A stretch of DNA of 64,000 bases from Octopus sinensis (lineage: Eukaryota), in assembly GCF_006345805.1 (NCBI RefSeq), contig NC_042998.1, forward strand, positions 54,622,001 to 54,686,000, read 5' to 3'. A model generated the notes under the pieces. That model ran no database searches. It saw only the letters and a list, made by a program, of their open reading frames with translations, and was not told the origin of the DNA. A program made the position numbers and the translations under genes. The stretch's first letter is position 1, and each line of letters opens with the position of its first letter. Below, piece after piece: positions 24,362-37,638 of the stretch.

Positions 24362-24526
24362 CATCTTCATCCATTCCTGCAAGACGGGATTTGATTGATT
24401 TTATATTCCATCTCTTCCGAGATCTTTTAGTGAGTGGGGCCTGGCGCTGTCTACGGTTACTCTGTATATCGTTCTCCAGTTCTTTCAGGTAACTCTGATC
24501 AAGGAAGAACCTGTTTCTTCTTGCCA
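24362..24526 (-). CDS. KATNIP: KATNIP exon, phase 1->1: MARRNRFFLDQSYLKELENDIQSNRRQRQAPLTKRSRKRWNIKSIKSRLAGMDED
   Basis: attttcAG / GTGAGT, 165 nt; APLTKRSRKRWNIKSIK resembles human APSKVQRRGWHQKSVQ. Confidence 0.9.
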
Positions 24527-24594
24527 CTGAAAATATTAGAACATTGACTATTTTATGTGCATACATATATATATATATATTTAGGGAGAATTCA

Positions 24595-24745
24595 TGAAAA
24601 AAACAAAAGACAAAGACAGGTGGTGTAGAAAACAAACAGATGTATTAGTATAACACTCAGGAATTGAAAAAGTCTTTTATGTTTCGAGCCTACGCTCTTC
24701 CACAGAAAGGAACACAGAAAGAAACAAGGAGAGAAAAAAAAGGAT
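24595..24745 (-). mobile_element. Penelope-like pLTR fragment
   Basis: Shares GTATTAG...GAAAAGTCTTT.A.GTTTC.AG.CTAC.CTCTTC..CAGA with 42240-42340. Confidence 0.6.
24674..24709 (-). ncRNA. Minimal type-I hammerhead relic, A6U variant
   Basis: CTTT CTGTGGA A GAGC GTAG GCTC GAA ACAT A AAAG: stem I CTTT/AAAG, stem II GAGC/GCTC. Confidence 0.62.
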
Positions 24746-25721
24746 ATATATATATATATATATATATATTGGGTAGGTGTCTTCCGCTATAGCCCCTAAG
24801 CCGACCGGAGCTTTGTGATTGAATTCGGTAGGCGGGAGTTACTGCCGTGTGTGTATGTGTGCGTATAGCTGTTCAGTGCCTCTCCAAAAGAGAGAGAGAG
24901 GGATATGCATGCATGCACACACACACACACATATTTACATATAGAGTGGTTGACATTAGGAAGGACATTCAGCTGTAGAAACCAAGCCAAATTAGACTGG
25001 AACTCATTACAGCTCTCCAACTTACCAGTTCAAGTCAAGCTGTCTAACCCATGCCAGCATGGAAAGCAGATGCTAAATGATGATGAAAATGATGATGATA
25101 TATATATAAAATAATGTCCTATAAAGCTTTGAATACTAAACCTACATTTTGCTTATTATTTTTTCTATTGTTCGACTTGTATTCCATGCACAGGCTCAGT
25201 AATTCACAATGTGGAGCATATGCCCCACTGGTGGGGCCTGGGAAAACAGTGATCAGAGGCATAACATAATGTCTCTAGAACGATTAAAACTTACAACTAT
25301 TTGCCAAACGCAAGGTTTTCATTAAGTGACTCCCTCTTTTCTTTTTTTTAGTCAAGAATATCCTGTTTTTTGGAAGGGTTTTTTGCACTTAGTACTTAAT
25401 AAAACAGTTACCGGTAGACTCTTTTGTACTAAATAAAGGATTTAATATTGATTTCAAATTTTGGCACAAGGCCAGTAGTTTCAAGGGAGAGGGTAAGTGG
25501 AAAGCTATTGTGGGGCCAGGAGTAAAATAAGTTGGGAAAGATTGCTCTAACCTATCCTAAGTTTTGTACCTGACTCATGCTACACTGTATACAGGAGCGG
25601 AATGTTAAACCTATACTACTGTTAGATTCAGTGATCAGAGGCACAACATAATGTCTGCAGTAAGATTAGAACTTACAACCTTTTAGGTCATTAGTCTACT
25701 ACCCTGCAACATCTCATCCAA

Positions 25722-25942
25722 TGTACCTCATATATCCATTGTGCCTTATGTAGCCATTGTGCCTTATGTAGCCATTGTGCCTCATGTAGCCATTGTGTCT
25801 CATGTAGCCATTGTACCTCATGTAGCCATTGTACCTCATGTAGCCATTGTGTCTCATATAGCCATTTTGCCTCATGTAGCCATTGTGCCTCATGTAGTCA
25901 TTGTGTTTCATGCAGCTGTTGTGCCTCATGTAGCCATTTTGG
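25722..25942. repeat. 18-bp minisatellite (CCATTGTGCCTCATGTAG) x ~12
   Basis: Direct reading; the unit is a multiple of 3, which explains the RHNGYM and PHVAIV ORFs. Confidence 0.95.
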
Positions 25943-27083
25943 TTGCATATAGCATTTTACTGTGCCCTACCATTATTGATTATTGAAAGAATAAATGAAT
26001 GGATGGACGGTGAAGCCACATGGACTAGTGGCTAAGGTGTTATGCACATAAGCATAAGATTTTGGCTCAATTCCTGGTTTTGGCATCACATTGTATCCTT
26101 GAGCAACTCACATCATTTCTGGTAACTCCCAGCCGACTCATCCAAAATGATCTCCAGCCTTGTGATGGACAACACTTGTATGACAGTGATGCTTGCTTAG
26201 AACCATACTGTGATGTCAAGACAAGGGTACACACAACATACACACACACGGACACAAACTTACATACACACACAGTGAGAAAGACAGAGATAAAGAGAGA
26301 GGGAGATACATAGACAGAGACAAACAGACAGATAGTTTTTCACACACACACACATATATACACATATATAGATATACATATATATACAAATATATACACA
26401 CACATATGTATACCTACATATAAACACACACATATATATACATACATAAACACACACCTATATACACAAATATATAGATATACACAAATACACACACACA
26501 CACATCTATACACATACACACACAACAGGCTACTTTCAGGTTTCCGTCCTCCAATTTCACTTCCAAGGCTTTACTCAGCCCAGGGCTATAATGAAAGACA
26601 CTTGCCGAAGGTGCCATGCAGTGAGACCCAACCTACAACCATGTGGCTGGGGAAAGTAAACTTTCAACCACATAGATCTCATCAGTGTCTATGTTGGCGT
26701 GGCTTAGTAGTTAGGGTGTTGGACATACGGTCATAAGATTGTGGTTTCAATTACAGAACTGGGTGACGTGTTTTCTCAAGCAAACCACTTCATTTCAAGT
26801 TGCTCCAGCCCACTCAGCTTGCAGAAGTGGGTAATCCTGCAATGGACTGGCATCCCATCCAGGTGAGGAATTTCTACATCTTGGAAACCAGGAAACCAGC
26901 CCTTATGAGTCAGCATGGTTCAAGAAGGTAACCTTTACCTTCTGTTTTTTGGGGTTTTTTTTACCAAGTCTGTGCCTATTTACATAAATGGATGTAAAAA
27001 CAGTAAAATGGAAACAAATGAACAAATAAATGAATAAATAAGAGAAAGAAGTTATATCCTGATCTGAGTAAAATTATTCTTAC

Positions 27084-27271
27084 TTAGTTGAGCAGCAGCC
27101 CTGTGTCTCCTTGATCGGGCTTCATGATTTGGAGACGGAGACTTCAGTTGTGGCAAGGGCGGGTGTATGTCCATTTCAGCATTGGCTCCATTCATATAAA
27201 GAGTGAATCCTTGCTCTTTTCTCTCCAAAGAAATCTCCTGCGATGTTTTGGTCATTAGCTTTCTAAGCATC
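27084..27271 (-). CDS. KATNIP: KATNIP exon, phase 2->1: MLRKLMTKTSQEISLERKEQGFTLYMNGANAE...RAAAQL
   Basis: tttttgtAG / GTAAGA, 188 nt; EQGFTLYMNGANAE resembles human EQGFSVYVNGANSE. Confidence 0.93.
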
Positions 27272-28859
27272 CTACAAAAATAACAGTAAATTTTAGAGAC
27301 ACTGGAATATAAAGAAATTGTATGAATATATATGAAATGAACATTTGACTGTTATCAACCTCAGTAGCATAAAGGATCGCCCCCCCCACCACCACCACCA
27401 CCACTTTGGTCATGAATGACCATGAGATTGCACCAAGAAAGTTACCCTCCGAGGCACAAGGCAAGGTCGTTTATGGAAGACTAGCAGTCACCCATGCATA
27501 ACAGTCTCCCTAGTACAGCAACACATTTCTATAGCTGAGTGAACAGGAGCAACATGAAATAAAGTGTCTTGCTCAAGAACACAACACACAGCCTGGACTG
27601 GGAACCAAACTCACTACCCCATGATTGTGAGCCTGGTGTTCTAACCACTGAGCCATACACCTTCACAATCTCAGTCGCATAAGATGGCCTGCAAAGGTCT
27701 TGAACATCGTTTCTTTTATCTCAGCTAAATCATGAAAGTCAAGAAAGTTGTGCACTTAGAAATTTTATAAAACCTGAATGATCAAACTTGCAATCAACTA
27801 AGAACATGTTCACAGCCAGAATTTTTCTAAAAACTAAAGAAATGGCTGTGTGGTAAGAAGTTTGCTTTCTAACCACAAGGTTCTGGGTTCAGTTTCACTA
27901 CATGACACCTTGGGCAAGTGTCTTCTATTATAGCCTTGGCCCAACCAAAGCCTTTGGCAGACAGAAACTGAAAGAAGCCATCATATATATACATGCACAC
28001 ATATGATTATATCTATGTATATATCTTTGTGTCTCAGTTTGTCCCCCCACAACCACTTGACAACCAGTGTTGGTGTGTTTACAACCCTGTAACTTAGCAG
28101 TTTGGCCAAAGAGACTGATACAGTAAGTAGTAGGCTTTAAAAAGAATAAAGTACTGGGGGTCAATATATTCAACTAAAATTTCAAGGCAGTGCCCCAGTA
28201 AGGCCACAGACAAATGACAGAAACAAGTAAATGATAAATGTTATAAATGATATGTTATACATGAAATAGTTTTATTCAATTTCTTAAAAATAATTGTTGA
28301 GTACAATTTATTTTGTAAAAGAATCCACAAATGTTGAAAGCAATGATAAAACAAGAATTATAGTGTAGATCTTTGTGTTTCAAAGTGTATTCATATGTTT
28401 TAGAAATAAAATTTAATTCTTCACCATTTAAACCAACCATGTCTGGCCAAAATATTCTACCTGTTTCATGTTCAAATGGGCCAGATCTGATGTCTCACAC
28501 ATACCCTACAATGTCATTCTAAAAGTAACAATTACATTATCAAAATCTTGAAGCTACAAGACAATGCAATATTAATTAAAAAATAAGTTTCAAATTTCAG
28601 CACAGGGCCAGCAATTTTTGAGTAGAGGGTAAGTCAATTACATTAACCCCAGTAATCAACTGGTACTTATTTTATCAAGCTCAAAAGGATGAAAGGTACA
28701 GTCAACCTCAGTAGAATTTGAACTCAGAACGTCAAGACAGACAAAATGATGCTAAGCATGCTTACACTTGTGCCAACTTGCTGCCTTAAATTAATTAACA
28801 ACAAATAGTATAGATATAGTTCATGGATGTTTCCTGCACCAGTTTCACATAGCAGCCCC

Positions 28860-29340
28860 AGCCCATCCAAAGTACCTTGGATCGCAGAACGGCCTGCTGT
28901 GCTTACCTTGGATCGTAGGGCGACCTGCTGTGCTTGAGGAGGCCTATTGAGTCAAGTACATCAACATCAAAATAAAGATCAAATGGAAATTGTAGTTGTG
29001 ATACCTGTGCCAGTGGCACGTAAAAAGCACCAGCTGGACGTGGCCGGTGACTGGCTTCCGTGCCCGTGGCACGTAAAATGCACCAACCAATCATGGCCAC
29101 TGCCAGCCTCTCCAGGCACCTGTGCCGGTGGTATGTAAAAAGCACCCACTACACTCATGGAGTAGTTGGCATTAGGAAGGGCATCCAGCTGTAGAAACAC
29201 TGCCAGATCAGACTGGAGCCTAGTGTGGCCTCCTGGCTTCCCAGACCCCGGTTGAACTGTCCAACCCATGCTAGCATGGAAAACAGATGTTAAACGATAA
29301 TGATGATGATGATGATGATGATAAATAAGTATTAAATTTC
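28860..29340 (+). mobile_element. Truncated RTE 3' UTR, third spacer variant, three modules, (GAT)n tail
   Basis: GTGCC.GTGGCACGTAAAA.GCACC x3, then the terminal motif; shorter copy follows at ~29415-29652. Confidence 0.8.
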
Positions 29341-32136
29341 ATAAAGTAATCTGAATGCTAAAAGAAAAAAAAATCACAGTATTGGCTTTAGTTTAAATGT
29401 TTGTAAATAATTCCTATTAGGCACGTAAAAAGCACCATCCATCCGTGGCCGTCTGGCACCTGTGCGGGTGGCACGTAAAAAGCACCCACTACACTCACGG
29501 AGTGGTTGGCGTTAGGAAGGGCATCCAGCCGTAGAAACACTGCCAGATCAGACTAGGCCTGATGCAGCCTTCTGGCTTCACAGACCCCAGTTGAACCGTC
29601 CAACCCATGCTAGCTTGGAAAGCGGACGCTAAATGATGATGATGATGATGATATCTGCAAATGATTTTCAAACAATAATAGAAGAATTAACCAGAGAATA
29701 TTTTCTCAAGAAACCACACAAAAACTATTTCATTTTGAAACACTAGCTACAACAGCTATTTCCAATAGCTGTTGTGACACATGTAAATGACAAATTGTGA
29801 GCATAGAAGAAGTCTGTATGTCATCACTCCCTGTGAGCTAGATAGACATAGCACCTAAATCTTGTTTAAATTATAATGTCACTATCATCATCATCATTTA
29901 AGGTTCATTTTCCATGCTGGCATGGGTTGGACAGTTTGACAGGGTCAGGCAAGCTGTAGGTCTGCAATGAGTTCTAGTGTCAGCTGTGACATGGTTTCTA
30001 CAGCTAGATGTCATTCCACATTACTGTGTGTATACAGTCTGCTTGTTTTTCATGACACCAGCACTGGTGGAATTGCCAAGTAACTTGTAAAACAAAAGAA
30101 AACAGGGAAACTGGAAAAGGAAAAATCTCCTGCTACTAAGTGGATGGAAGTATTTGAGGATGAGAAGTGGCTTAATGTAAGGTGTTGAAAGGATAAAGTA
30201 TGATAAAACAAGCACAGGTATCTTCCTATAGAGGAGATACATGTCGTATATATATAGAGACATATATATACACATATATACACATGGGGGTGTGTGTTAC
30301 TGTCTACTTCCCTTGACTTCATGTGATAGTTGTAAGCAGTTATTCACTCCCAGTCTTCTGTAAAAGCATGTCTAGTTATAAGAAATGCTACCTTACTTAG
30401 AAATAGGTGAGGGTTGGTGACAGGAAGGGCATCTGGCTGCTAACCTCAAAGAAATTCCTCTATCTAGCACCATGTGAGTACTACTATTTATCAACAGAAG
30501 ACTCATTTGCCAAGAGTACATGTCTAGCATGCAGTTTCCTATGGCTTAACCAAATACTGAACTGGCTGAGCACTCTGTCAGTTATGGTGAAGAGGATTCC
30601 AGTTGATATGATCAATGGAAAAACCAGTTCATTACATTAACATGCAAATGGCTGAGCACTCCACTGACACACATAGCCTTAGTAGAGTTCCCAGTATGAC
30701 ATACCAAATGTGACAAGGCTGGCCCTTTGAATTATAGCTACAACTCATTTTTGCCAGTTGAGTGGACTGGAGCAATATGAAATAAAGTGTCTGTCTTGCT
30801 CAAGAAAACAATACACCACCAGGAATTGAACTCATGATCATACAATCATGAGCCCAAAACACTAACCGCTAAGCCACACACCTTCACTAGAATGGTAAAA
30901 AGATATAATAGCACTAATGCTAGTTGCTAGCTTCACGGATGTTCCTCTATCCAGCATCATGTGAAGATTGTCATTAGTCAAACAGAAGACACTTTTGCCA
31001 TGGTTGCTCATCCATCATGCTGTTTCCTATGGCTTCACCAAATATACGTTACTTAATAAGAGAAAAGTAACTTATTTTACAAAATCTCTAAAAAATTTTA
31101 ATTATTATCAAAATTCAAACACAGAGGAAGTGTATTTCAATACAAGTATGGATATCAGAAAGGTAAAACAAAACAATGGGAGAAACCAATTCTCAGCTAA
31201 CTTGCCAAGAATATAATATGGCATAAGTTATATTAAAGTGTTCACCAAATATTCCACAAATAACAACTTTTGTTCAACCTTTCATCAAAGCTTTCAAAAA
31301 GACAGATAAAGCACAGTCCATGATTATTTTTGGAAATTAATTCAGATAAGCAGAAAATTCTTGTGTTAACCCTATGATCATAAGAAGTTTCTAAATTTTT
31401 CTCAAACTATGTTGTTGCTATTTGTTTTTTTTTTTAAATAAACAAACGAACAAGAAAATGTTTTGTAATTAATCAAATAGCAGCAACATGAGATATATTG
31501 CATTGTGGCAAGTTGTGTAATGTTGTATAATCAACTTCAAGCTGCATTAAATGCATTAGCATTCAAAATATGCAAAAACACTACAAGGAATGTGATTTTT
31601 TAAAAAAAAATCTGAAAGAACTTACATAATCAAGAAAGATATTTGCATAAATAACACATAGAATTGTGAAGCAAGGGAAAATATGTATTCTCTTTTAATT
31701 CAAAAGATAGAGAGAAAGAATTAACTTGAAGTGTTATTAGGCTTGATGCTCATACTTTCAAAATAAATTAATGTCATCTTAAACATATAAGATAGAAATG
31801 TAACATTTTGCAAAGTTAGTAAAAGAAAATAGGGAAAAAAAATTTGTACAAAAAAAAATTAAATAAAATAAAGGTGCCGACATGGGTGTGTGGTAAGAAA
31901 TGTGTTCCTTCAGTCAAGTGGTTCCAGGTTCAGTCTCGCCACATGGCACCTTGGGCAAGTGTCATCTACTATAGCCCCAGGTCAACTAAAACCTTGCAAG
32001 TGGATTTGGTAGCCAGAAACTGAAGGAAGCCCATCATTCATTAATGTGTATGTGTTTGTCCCCACCACCATTTGATGACCAGCGTTGGTTTGTTTATATC
32101 CTTGTTTAAGACACACACACAAATACAGACACACAC

Positions 32137-32172
<36 letters not shown>

Positions 32173-32174
32173 GT

Positions 32175-32253
<79 letters not shown>

Positions 32254-32254
<1 letters not shown>

Positions 32255-32630
32255 CTATATAAACGGCAGTTTGTCTGTGCGTTTTCTGTGTGTCTGTTTT
32301 CTCGTACCCTCACTCTGACCACGGCTTTCAACCGATTCTGATGAAACTTGACACACATATAGTCCAATGTCATAATTCAAAACTAACGCAGCGAAAATTT
32401 TCAAAAGTTCCTCCAGTTCTGAAAAAAATCGATAAATTCGACATGGGGTCGAGAATCAGAAACCCAAACCACAGACCGTCATGGGGACGCAACTCCACCT
32501 TTTTAACTCTCAAAAAAAATTTACCATCATTTTTTTTCCATTTTTTTGCTATTTTTTGGCTATAACTCTCTAAAAATGCTTTATAGTTATTTCCCTTACA
32601 AACCTGAGCAACGCCGGGCGATACTGCTAG
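32254..32630 (+). mobile_element. Complete non-autonomous Helitron (377 bp) in (TA)n
   Basis: A|TCTATATAAACGG start; CCTGAGCAACGCCGGG hairpin; CTAG|T end; no TSD. Confidence 0.88.
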
Positions 32631-33161
32631 TATATATATATATACATGCATACACACATACATGCAGTGTACATACATACAAACGTGCACATATGTATAC
32701 ATATATATATGCATACACACACACATACATATGTGTATGCGTGCACACACTGACACACATGCATGCGCACAACCAAACAAAGAAAAAAGATTGCAGTTCT
32801 GATAATGGACTGAGTCAACAAGTACTGAAAAGGTCGCAGAACGCAATGAAAATTTTAGCAAAAATAAATAAGTAAATGAGTGGAAATCAGACCAGTGAGT
32901 GTGTTAAATTAATAAGACACTAAAAGAGAATGACTCTGCCCAGACACAATAAAATATGCTTCAAAACACGAAATCACATAGAGAATCTTGCAAACCAAAT
33001 ACAAAAATGAAATTTTAAAAAAATTTTTACCAAAAGCAAACAAAACAAAAAGTAACATCAGTGGTTTTCCTTTTTCTTTTATGGCAGAATTTGAGGTTCA
33101 GTTTGAGTTTACTTTTATTTTTACTTATTTTGGTTCATTAATATACATATATATATATATA

Positions 33162-33553
33162 TCATCATCATCATCATCATCATCGTTTAATGTCCGTTCT
33201 CCATGCTAGCATGGGTTGGACGGTTCGACCGGGGATCTGGGAAGCCTGAAGGCTGCACCAGGCTCCAGTCTTATCTGGCAATGTTTCTACAGCTGGATGC
33301 CCTTCCTAACGCCAACCACTCCGTGAGTGTAGTGGGTGCTTTTTACGTGCCACCTGCACAGGTGCCAGGCGAGGCTGGCAACGGCCACGGTCGGATTGGT
33401 GTATTGTAGGTGCCACCGGCACGGAAGCCAGTCGAGGCAGCGCTGGCATCGGCCACGAGTCGGATAGTGCTTTTTACGTACCACCAGACCAGGGATCCTG
33501 GCTGGTTCAATTCGATTTCGCTTTCGCTTGCCCCAACATGTCTTCGCAAGCAA
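33162..33553 (-). mobile_element. Truncated RTE 3' UTR, same subfamily as 6121-6633
   Basis: Near-identical spacers; (TA)n on both sides. Confidence 0.85.
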
Positions 33554-33572
33554 ATATATATATATATATATA

Positions 33573-33823
33573 ATGGGTGGGTGCATAATTATTGCAGCTT
33601 TTTTTCAACAAATTTTATTCAACAAAATTAATAATAATATTTAACAAAAACATCTTTAAATGATGGTCTGACCGTCTGCCAAGCAAATGGGGAGCAGTAA
33701 TTGAAGTAGATGGTGAATATGCTCTGGAATAATTATTTAAAGATGTTTTTGTTACATGTTGTTATTGTTTTTGTTGAATAAAATTTGTTGAAAAAAGCCA
33801 CAATAGTTATGCACCAATTCAAT
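33573..33823 (+). mobile_element. Mariner-derived MITE with ~85-bp TIRs and a transposase C-terminal remnant
   Basis: GGTGCATAATTATTGCAGCTTTTTTTCAACAAATTTTATTCAAC mirrored at the right end; internal peptide like RLPSKWGAVIEVDGEY* (cf. mariner LPERWQKVV..DGDY). Confidence 0.8.
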
Positions 33824-34120
33824 ATATGTGAAGATGCATGGCCAAGTGGTTAGGTTAATGCATTCACAATCGCTAGATCATGGGTTTGATTCCCTGACTG
33901 GGCAGCACGTTGTGTTCTTGAGCAAGACATTTCATTTCACATTGCTCCAGTCCCACTTTCAATCAGGAGGGAATGTTGATCTGCTCATGCAACCAGCTCA
34001 TGCAACCAGCGGGGTGGTGTCATTGGAAGGTCAAAACAATGCAAAAGCGCATTGTGACCACTAATGTGTAACAACATCTGATAGCCTGGTCAGTCATGTC
34101 ATCATGTGAATATATATATA

Positions 34121-34311
34121 TATCATCATCATCATCATCATCATCGTTTAACGTCCGTTCTCCATGCTAACATGGGTTGGACGGTTCGACCAGGGATCTG
34201 GGAAGCCAGAAGGCTGCACCAGGCTCCAGTCTTATCTGGCAATGTTTCTACAGCTGGATGCCCTTCCTAACGCCAACCACTCCGTGAGTGTAGTGGGTGC
34301 TTTTTACGTGC
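34121..34311 (-). mobile_element. Short RTE 3' end in (TA)n
   Basis: (CAT)n...GGTGCTTTTTACGTGCC, flanked by (TA)n on both sides. Confidence 0.85.
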
Positions 34312-34651
34312 CTATATATATATATATATATATATATATAACCTTGGTGCAGTCTTCTGCCCAGCCAGCTCCTGTCAAACCGTCCAACCCATGCCAGCAT
34401 GGAAAGCGGACATTAAATGATGGTGAAAAAGATATCAAGAGAAAAGATGCACAGGCAGAACCATTAGCACGACAGGCAAAATGCTTAACCGCATTTCATC
34501 TATCTTTATGTTCTTAGTTTAAATTCTGCTGAGGTCAACTTTGCCTTTCATCCTTTCAGTGTTGATAAAATAAGTACCAGTTGAGCACTTAAGCCAAAGT
34601 AATCAACTTACCCCTCTCCTGAAATTGTGCCAAAATGTGAAAACAATATAT

Positions 34652-36146
34652 ATCATCATCATCATCATCATCATTTAGCGTTCGTTTTCCATGCTAGCAT
34701 GGGTTGGACGGTTCTACTGGGGTCTGTGAAGCCAGAAGGCTTCATCAGGCCCAGTCAAATCTGGCAGTGTTTCTACGGCTGGATGCCCTTCCTAACGCCA
34801 ACCACTCCGTGAGTGTAGTGGGTGCTTTTTACGTGCCACCCGCACTGGTGCCAGACAGAGCTGGCAAACGGCCACGAACGGATGGTGCTTTTTATGTGCC
34901 ACCGGCACGAGGGCCAGGCGAGGCTGGCAACGGACACGAAACGGGGCGGTGCTGGCAACGGTCGCGAAACGGAAAGTTCTCTTACATGCCACCGGCACTG
35001 GTAACACATCTGCAATTTCCATTGATCGATTTCCATTGATCGATTTCGATTCTGATCCTCACTTGCCTCAATGGGTCTTCACAAGCAGAGTTTCGACATG
35101 CCACCGGCACTGGTAGCACATCCGCAATTTCCATTGATCGATTTCGATTCTGATCCTCACTTGCCTCAACACGTCTTCACAAGTAGAGTTTTGTGTCCCA
35201 AGAAGGGAAGGTATGCATACGTAGGCTGGCTCCATCCCATGTAGAAGGCCACGGTTGTGGACTCACTTGTCCTGCCGGGTCTTCTCGCGCACAGCACACT
35301 TCCAGAGGTCTCGGTCTCTAGTCATTTCCTCAGTGAGACCTAAAGTTCGAAGGTCGTGCTTCACCACCTCGTCCCAGGTTTTCCTGGGTCTGCCTCTTCC
35401 ACAGGTTCCCTCAACCGCTAGGGTGTGGCACTTTTCACACAACTATCTTCATCCATTCTCGCCACATGACCATACCAGCGCAAACGTCTCTCTTGCACAC
35501 CACAACTGATGCTTCTTAGGTCCAGCTTTTCTCTCAAGGTACTTACACTCTGCCGAGTGTGAGTACCGGCATTACACATCCATCGGAGCATACTGGCTTC
35601 ATTTCTAGCGAGCTTACGCATATCCTCAGCAGTCACGGCCCATGTTTCACTGCCATGTAGCATGGCTGTTCGTACACACGCATCATACAGTCTGCCTTTC
35701 ACTCTGTGCGAGAGGCCTTTTGTCACCAGCAGAGGTAAGAGCTCTCTGAACTTTGCCCAAGCTATTCTTACTCTAGCAGTTACACTTTCAGCACACCCGC
35801 CCCCGCTGCTGACTTGGTCACCTAGGTAACGGAAACTATCAACTATTTCTAGTTTTTCTCCCTGGAAAGTGACGGAAGTTGGTCTCAGAGCATTTTCAGT
35901 GTTTGTTGTTCCTGAGCATCTGCCACATACAAAAACCATCTTCCTAGTTAGCCTTCCTTTGACATTGCTGCATCTCTTATGTGTCCATAGCTTACACTTG
36001 GTGCATCTTATAGAGTTTCTACCTACACCTTTTCTACAGATCGAGCAGGGCCATCTACCTGAAGGTGTTTGTGATTTGTCTACCTTCCTACTGATTACGA
36101 CTTTGGTTTTAGCTAGATTGACTCTGAGGCCCTTCGATTCTAATCC
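34652..36146 (-). mobile_element. 5'-truncated RTE-clade LINE: ORF2 C-terminus with PHD-like finger, plus ~600-nt modular 3' UTR
   Basis: GLRVNLAKTK; C-x2-C...H-x2-C...C-x2-C; SFRYLGD; HGSETW; RRLRWYGHVARM; one -1 frameshift near 35425; true stop at 35263; (GAT)n tail. Confidence 0.93.
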
Positions 36147-36677
36147 TATATATATATATATATATTAATAAGATAAAAAAACTAATACACAAACTTACCA
36201 CACTAGTGGATATATAGAGAATCGTCATCATTTAATGTTCATTTACTAAGCTGGCATGGATGGGTTGGATGGTTTGACAAGAGCTAGCAAACCAAAGAAC
36301 TGCAACAAGCTCTACTGCCTGCAGTGGCATAACTTCTATGGCTGAAGGCCCTTCATAATGCCAAACACTTTACAGAATGTACTGGGTGCTTTTCAGGTGG
36401 CATGAGTGCCTACTAGCAAAGTCACCAAGTAACTTGCAAGATAAAGACCACTTACGGAGGAATATCAAGGGACATGGCTTAGTGCTAGGCAATGAGAGGT
36501 TAAAGTATGATAAAGGGATAGAAACAGGATGAAAAAATGAAATAACTAAACAGAAATGAAAGATGAGAGACAAATGCAGAAGAATTAAAAAGACAGGGGA
36601 AAGAAGACAAAACCAAAAGACACAAGAATAAAATCAGAAGAATTACAATAATGCCAAGAAATAAGAAATATCTTTAC

Positions 36678-36748
36678 CTGTTGCGCTGCTGCAATAAAAG
36701 TAGATAGTGTTCATACTGTGGATTGATATGTTCCTTGACAGCCGATGC
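36678..36748 (-). CDS. KATNIP: KATNIP exon, phase 0->2: ASAVKEHINPQYEHYLLLLQQRNR
   Basis: atatctAG / GTAAAG splice sites, 71 nt; matches the remembered human KIAA0556 motif DEKHDEYLILLQQRNR. Confidence 0.92.
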
Positions 36749-37572
36749 CTAGATATTAAAATATTAAATTAAATATATATTTTTTATATACAATATACAT
36801 GTCTAAAAATATATATGTCTAAGAATTCATAAATCAGAAAAAATATGCACTCCTATATTTGTCATAGAGTGAGTATGAGAATATTAATCATTGTATACAA
36901 TATTACAGATCCATTTAAGTTGGTTTCACACTGGGTATTAGGACATTAGACAACCAGATATTAGATAAATTGTGGAGTGTGTATACACATACACAAAATA
37001 GATACGTGTGTTAGGAAGGGCATCCAGCTGCAGAAACCATGCCAAATCAGACTGGAACTTGGTGCAACTCTCCAGCTTACCATTTTCAATCAAACTGTCA
37101 AACCCATGCAAGCATGGAAAGCTGATGCTTAATGATGATGGTCATCATCATATATGCATATATACAGATATACATATATAGGCTGAGGTGTGACAAGAAG
37201 TTTGCTTCCCAACCACGTTGGGCAAGCATCTTCCACTATAACCTCTGGTCAACCAAAGCCTTGTGAGCAGATATGGTAGAGGCAAACTGAAAGAAGCCTA
37301 TTCTGTGTGTATGTATATATATATATATATAGTTCATAAATGAATCAGATATTCTCCATATAGAATACACTTAGTAGTGCTTATGAAATTTAAACTTGAG
37401 AGGGTATAGAAATAAATGTAAGGATAAGCAAATTAGGTAGGTCAATATACAAACATTTAATACATTAAATACAAAAAACGCAATATAAAATAACAGATAG
37501 CATAGTACTGTAGGCTACAGGCAGCAAGCCCACTGCAAGACTCCAGGAATTACAACAAAACCGGAGATAAAA

Positions 37573-37628
<56 letters not shown>

Positions 37629-37638
37629 TAATAATAAT

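Noticed and set aside
32041-32875. ORFs rich in YI/CV/TH dipeptides
   Set aside because: Translations of (TA)n and (CA)n microsatellites
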